NCBI GenBank assembly: GCA_021782355.1
Contig: JAJXUZ010000001.1
Coordinates: forward strand, 1-46,576
Direction of reading: 5' to 3'
Source of the DNA: Candidatus Micrarchaeota archaeon
GTDB taxonomy: Archaea > Micrarchaeota > Micrarchaeia > Norongarragalinales > UBA97
Length of the DNA stretch: 46,576 bases
Part shown: positions 43,315-46,576 of the stretch, piece by piece
Position numbering within the stretch: position 1 is the first letter of the stretch
Layout of the letters: the number at the start of each line of letters is the position of its first letter
Translations under genes and position numbers: made by a program
Notes under the pieces: generated by a model
Database searches by the model: none
Seen by the model: only the letters and a program-made list of their open reading frames with translations
What the model was told of the DNA's origin: nothing

Positions 43315-44856
43315 TTAGACCTTTTCTTTTGTATATTGTTGTATTGAGTTTGTAACAGTAGTCAAATCACGAATACCCTTCTCATAGAGATTCTCAATTA
43401 ATTCTGTTCTTGACTTCCATTCATCTCTGACAGCAGAAACACTTAAACCAGCATAATCCGCCAGTGTTTTTAAGAATAATATCGGTTCTCCGGTTTCCAT
43501 TAAAACATCTTTATTCGGATTCCATTGGAAAATTATTTTTACTGAAGAGTTTAATTCTTCATCCACTACTACTTCTCCAATTTCAGTCACTCTTCTTACC
43601 AATCCTTTTCTAGGGTCATAAATTCTTTGTTGCATAACAATAAAGTTCAAAGCAGAAAGCATTACTCCTGGAATATTCATTGGAGGGCTGGTAAGTCTAA
43701 CAAGGGTTTCTTTTGCAGAGTTTGCATGAACCGTTCCCAACGAACCCTTATGTCCAGTATTCATAGCATTAAACAATGTATAAGCTTCCTCGCCACGAAC
43801 TTCTCCAACTACTATTCTATCCGGTCTCATTCTCAAAGCATTTGTCAAAAGCATATTTATGCTAACTTCTCCTTGACCTTCCGTACTTGGTGGCCTAGAT
43901 TCAAATCTTATGAGATGTTCAAACGGCAACCTGATTTCTGCAGTATCTTCAATTGTGATAAGTCTTTCATGTTCCGGAATAAACGAACCAACTGCGTTTA
44001 ACATTGTTGTTTTTCCACTTGCAGTTCCTCCGGATATGAGCATATTTGCCGGATAAGATTTGAGTCCTTCCACTCCCATCCATAAAAATGCTGCTGAAAC
44101 GGGATTTATAGTTCCATAATTAATCAAGTCCATTATGCTAAGTGGGTCAGCTCTGAATTTTCTTAATGTAAGTGTAGATCCTGCCGGACTCCGTGGCATT
44201 AAAATAGCATTTACACGAGTACCATCTGCCAACCTAGCATCAAGCATCGGTGATTGCAAGTCGATATGTCTTCCGACATTTCTTGCAATTCTATCAATTA
44301 AATCATAAATGTCTTTGTCATTGTAAAAAACAATATTGGTCTTTAACATATCGTGCTTTCTATGAAATACATATACTGGTTTATTGACTCCAATAACCAT
44401 TACTTCTTCAAGATTATCGTCGTAAATTAAAGGGTCGATTAATCCAAAACCCGCCATTTCCCGAACAACTGCATTAACATAGAAATTCTTTGCATTTGAA
44501 GGTAGATTGATTTGAGGATTTTTATCAACAATTTCCATAACTGCTGAATAAAGTCGTGCTCTTTTTTCACTTCGAGTTTGCAATAATTTATCGTTTGCAT
44601 TAATGCTATTGGCAGCAAGTTCCAGCAAGCTTTCAATAAGTACTTTTTCTTCTCCTCGATACCTTGGCGAAGGAGTTTCATAATACATCTGCTTGTCTCC
44701 TTTAATCTGATAGATTTTAGTGTCTCCGTAAGATTCTACCAAAATTCTATCCGTTGAACTTGTCAGATTTGAATCTTGATTTTCAGTTTCAGGTGCATCG
44801 CTAGTATTGGAGGACTGCTGTTTTGCTTTCCTTAACATATCGGATAGATAGGCCAT
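43315..44856 (-). CDS. Type II/IV secretion-family assembly ATPase (TadA/EpdL/PilB-like)
   Basis: ISGGTASGKTTMLNA (Walker A), ITIEDTAEI (Asp box), RPDRIVVGEVRGEEA (Walker B) and TGHKGSLGTVHAN (His box). Confidence 0.92.
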   Translation of the reverse strand: MAYLSDMLRKAKQQSSNTSDAPETENQDSNLTSSTDRILVESYGDTKIYQIKGDKQMYYETPSPRYRGEEKVLIESLLELAANSINANDKLLQTRSEKRARLYSAVMEIVDKNPQINLPSNAKNFYVNAVVREMAGFGLIDPLIYDDNLEEVMVIGVNKPVYVFHRKHDMLKTNIVFYNDKDIYDLIDRIARNVGRHIDLQSPMLDARLADGTRVNAILMPRSPAGSTLTLRKFRADPLSIMDLINYGTINPVSAAFLWMGVEGLKSYPANMLISGGTASGKTTMLNAVGSFIPEHERLITIEDTAEIRLPFEHLIRFESRPPSTEGQGEVSINMLLTNALRMRPDRIVVGEVRGEEAYTLFNAMNTGHKGSLGTVHANSAKETLVRLTSPPMNIPGVMLSALNFIVMQQRIYDPRKGLVRRVTEIGEVVVDEELNSSVKIIFQWNPNKDVLMETGEPILFLKTLADYAGLSVSAVRDEWKSRTELIENLYEKGIRDLTTVTNSIQQYTKEKV

Positions 44857-44994
44857 CGCACTGGATTAGGAAAATTATAAAGATAAACCTTTCAATTAAA
44901 TCTCCTGCAAAAATCGAATTTATCTTAACATCAGAATTGAATGGCTAACGCTATAATTAGTTTAAAAATAAGTTGAAATATTTAAAAGACATAA

Positions 44995-45081
44995 AAGCGG
45001 CGGAAAATCTCCCAGAACCCCAAGGAGGCAACCCGAGGAAATTGCAGAGAATCCGAGCAGGAAGACTTTTCCAAACCGCTT
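44995..45081. ncRNA. GC-rich, possibly structured element (candidate sRNA or operon leader)
   Basis: About 87 nt of visibly higher G+C sit in an AT-rich intergenic region. The ends AAGCGG (44995-45000) and CCGCTT (45076-81) are complementary. Internal hairpins GGAA-gactt-TTCC and CTCC-N11-GGAG are possible. No family recognised. Confidence 0.25.
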
Positions 45082-45146
45082 AATTTAAAATTCGTGCAAA
45101 TCAATGATAGTATTATTCGAGTATTTAAACCTTATTGCATATAAGC

Positions 45147-45199
45147 TGTAAAATATACAGAAATAAGCAATTTATTAACTAAAAGATGTAAAATTTACA
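45147..45199. promoter_or_regulatory. Two 13-bp palindromes TGTAAAAT(A/T)TACA, candidate Lrp/AsnC operator
   Basis: Site 1 is TGTAAAATATACA (45147-59). Site 2 is TGTAAAATTTACA (45187-99). Their centres are 40 bp apart, just upstream of the Lrp/AsnC gene. Confidence 0.45.
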
Positions 45200-45218
45200 A
45201 TAATTGATTGTTTTTTAG

Positions 45219-45689
45219 GTGATTTTTTTGAATAACGAGGATTATTTAATAGTTTTTGAACTTCAAAGAGATTCCAAACAAAGTTTAAAAGAACTATCAA
45301 AAAGAACGGGCATTTCTACAAGTACCATTCACTCTAAAATAAAAAAATTAGAGTCCTCTGGAGTAATCAAAAAATATACTGTAATACTTGATTCTGCATT
45401 AATTGGAAAACCCACTACTGCATTTATTCTTGTTACGTTAAGAAACACAGCATCAAGTGGAAATAAAATTGATTTTAGGCAAATAGCAAAGAAGATTGCC
45501 GAAAACCCCTTTGTAATAGAAGTTTTCACTATTTCTGGTGAGTTTGATGTATTGATAAAAGTAAAAGGCGCAGACCTCAAAGAAATTGGAAATTATATTT
45601 TAGACAGTCTAAGAAAAATGGAAGGAGTGGACAAAACCATCACTTTCGATGCTATGGAAATAGTTAAAGAAGATGGAATGCTAATGTGA
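45219..45689 (+). CDS. Lrp/AsnC-family transcriptional regulator
   Basis: HTH region LQRDSKQSLKELSKRTGISTSTIHSKIKKLESSGVIKKYT followed by a RAM/ACT-like domain (AFILVTL...GEFDVLIKV). TTG 45228 is an alternative start. Confidence 0.85.
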   Translation: MIFLNNEDYLIVFELQRDSKQSLKELSKRTGISTSTIHSKIKKLESSGVIKKYTVILDSALIGKPTTAFILVTLRNTASSGNKIDFRQIAKKIAENPFVIEVFTISGEFDVLIKVKGADLKEIGNYILDSLRKMEGVDKTITFDAMEIVKEDGMLM

Positions 45690-45759
45690 TTTAGTCATTC
45701 TACCCTGATTTTTAATCACATAATTAAAAATGTAATCAACCAAATAATTTGTGTTATTT

Positions 45760-46576
45760 ATGAGTTATTCAAAACAAATTCAAAACGCATTGGACAAACA
45801 TTCAATTAACTTAGCCGATAAAGTACAAATCAATTTAATTGATGGTACGAAGTTAGCTGGTATTTTGTTACCTAGAATTGAAATTGGAGATTCTAATTCC
45901 TTAACTTTAAAATTAAGCAACGGTTATAATGTTGGAATTAGTTTTTCTAAAGTAAAATCAATTGAAAAATTACCTGATGAAAAATACGGTGCCCTTGATT
46001 TCTCTTCGAAATTAAAACTCAAGGAAATTTCCGGTTTACCATTTGTTTCTTTAATTGCAACTGGCGGAACAATAAGTGCAAGAGTAGATTATCGTTTAGG
46101 TGGAGTAAAAGCAGTATTAAGTCCACAAGAACTTTTCTTTGTAGTTCCTGAGTTAGAGGGAGTTGTTAACTTCAAATCAATTATAAGTCCATTTACTGTT
46201 TGGTCTGAAAATATGTCGCCTGTTGATTGGAAGGAGATTGCCAAAAACGTTGCCGAACAAGTAAACTCCTCCGTCGATGGTGTAGTAGTTACACACGGCA
46301 CTGATACTTTGAGTTATACTTCTGCTGCATTAAGTTTTATGCTTCCAAACCTTTCCAAACCTGTCGCACTTGTGGGTGCTCAACGTTCACCCGACCGGGG
46401 AAGTTTTGATGGTGCAATGAATTTAGTTGCAGCAAGCAGATTTGCAGGTTTTTCAAAAATGGCAAACGTTGCCATAGTTATGCACGCAACAGCTAACGAT
46501 GACTATTGTTATGCATTAAGAGGAACAAAAGTTAGAAAGATGCATACTTCGCGAAGAGATGCATTTAGGCCCATTA
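45760..46576 (+). CDS. gatD: Glu-tRNA(Gln) amidotransferase subunit D; 3' end runs off the window (not in ORF track)
   Basis: Hand translation gives MSYSKQIQNALDKHSINLADKVQINLIDGTKLAGILLP...LKLSNGYNVGISF. This is followed by asparaginase-type motifs IATGGTISA, VVTHGTDTLSYT and GAQRSPDRGSFDG. The frame is open to the window end. Confidence 0.85.
   Translation, partial: MSYSKQIQNALDKHSINLADKVQINLIDGTKLAGILLPRIEIGDSNSLTLKLSNGYNVGISFSKVKSIEKLPDEKYGALDFSSKLKLKEISGLPFVSLIATGGTISARVDYRLGGVKAVLSPQELFFVVPELEGVVNFKSIISPFTVWSENMSPVDWKEIAKNVAEQVNSSVDGVVVTHGTDTLSYTSAALSFMLPNLSKPVALVGAQRSPDRGSFDGAMNLVAASRFAGFSKMANVAIVMHATANDDYCYALRGTKVRKMHTSRRDAFRPI

Noticed and set aside
44941-44976. 11-codon ATG mini-ORF (MANAIISLKIS) in the pilus/Lrp intergenic region
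   Set aside because: It has no SD and is too short to support from sequence alone.
3737-46301. About 30 further short track ORFs that lie antisense or out of frame within well-supported genes. Examples: 3737-3925, 4285-4584, 4700-4939, 6394-6597, 8255-8527, 12003-12209, 12280-12585, 13646-13855, 14219-14440, 15001-15198, 18506-18802, 19050-19313, 19839-20021, 21556-21762, 23434-23625, 24347-24580, 24647-25015, 26035-26361, 34217-34483, 35203-35406, 36812-37021, 37679-37870, 38030-38215, 39728-39922, 41447-41704, 43627-44001, 44439-44681, 45329-45580, 46089-46301.
   Set aside because: Each is fully or largely embedded in a longer ORF that carries clear family motifs. None shows a recognisable motif, an SD or sensible composition, so they were treated as shadow ORFs.
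1-46576. CRISPR arrays, IS elements, toxin-antitoxin pairs and known defence-system genes
   Set aside because: Reading both strands, I found no regularly spaced direct repeats, no transposase or integrase-like ORFs, and no recognisable defence signatures. The orphan NurA-like gene is reported separately.
1-46576. Alternative genetic code or stop-codon recoding
   Set aside because: All conserved genes (SRP54, FtsY, ThrRS, GatB, ATPase and others) read through at full expected length under the standard code, and they end at TAA, TAG or TGA.

Overview
AT-rich archaeal chromosomal window (roughly one-third G+C by eye), gene-dense on both strands, with GC-rich tRNAs that stand out from the background. 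All family calls come from reading motifs by eye; no searches or folding were run.

Most of the window is housekeeping:
- The conserved archaeal cluster rps19e, PDCD5-like, rpl39e, rpl31e, aIF6, prefoldin alpha, ftsY.
- SRP54, RNase P Rpp21, a bacterial-architecture ThrRS, GatB, a YbaK-like deacylase, Pth2, Pelota and a 3'-partial GatD.
- Ether-lipid genes: GGGPS, a UbiA-type DGGGPS candidate and a CDP-alcohol phosphatidyltransferase.
- UDP-sugar genes (phosphohexomutase and a GlmU-like enzyme).
- Four tRNAs. One is tRNA-Ile with anticodon UAU and a canonical bulge-helix-bulge intron.

The clearly accessory part is a 14-gene, roughly 8.3 kb minus-strand type IV filament locus (36570-44856) of Epd/Tad type. 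It holds an ATPase, two single-domain platform proteins, four very short Flp-like pilins (two absent from the ORF track), an A24 prepilin peptidase and six pilin-like proteins. A divergent Lrp/AsnC regulator sits next to it, with two palindromic operator-like sites and a GC-rich, possibly structured element in the shared intergenic region.

Other oddities:
- A LonB-type AAA+ protein with no protease domain and no membrane hairpin.
- A KaiC-like ATPase paired with a tandem V4R-like protein.
- An orphan NurA-like nuclease.
- Low-complexity extensions on eL31, FtsY and a TRAM protein.
- A Pth2 whose conserved N-terminus lies upstream of any canonical start codon.
- Systematic mis-placement of ORF-track starts inside Shine-Dalgarno motifs.

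No CRISPR array, IS element or integrase was seen. The gene content fits a streamlined, DPANN-like archaeon, but that cannot be proven from this window.
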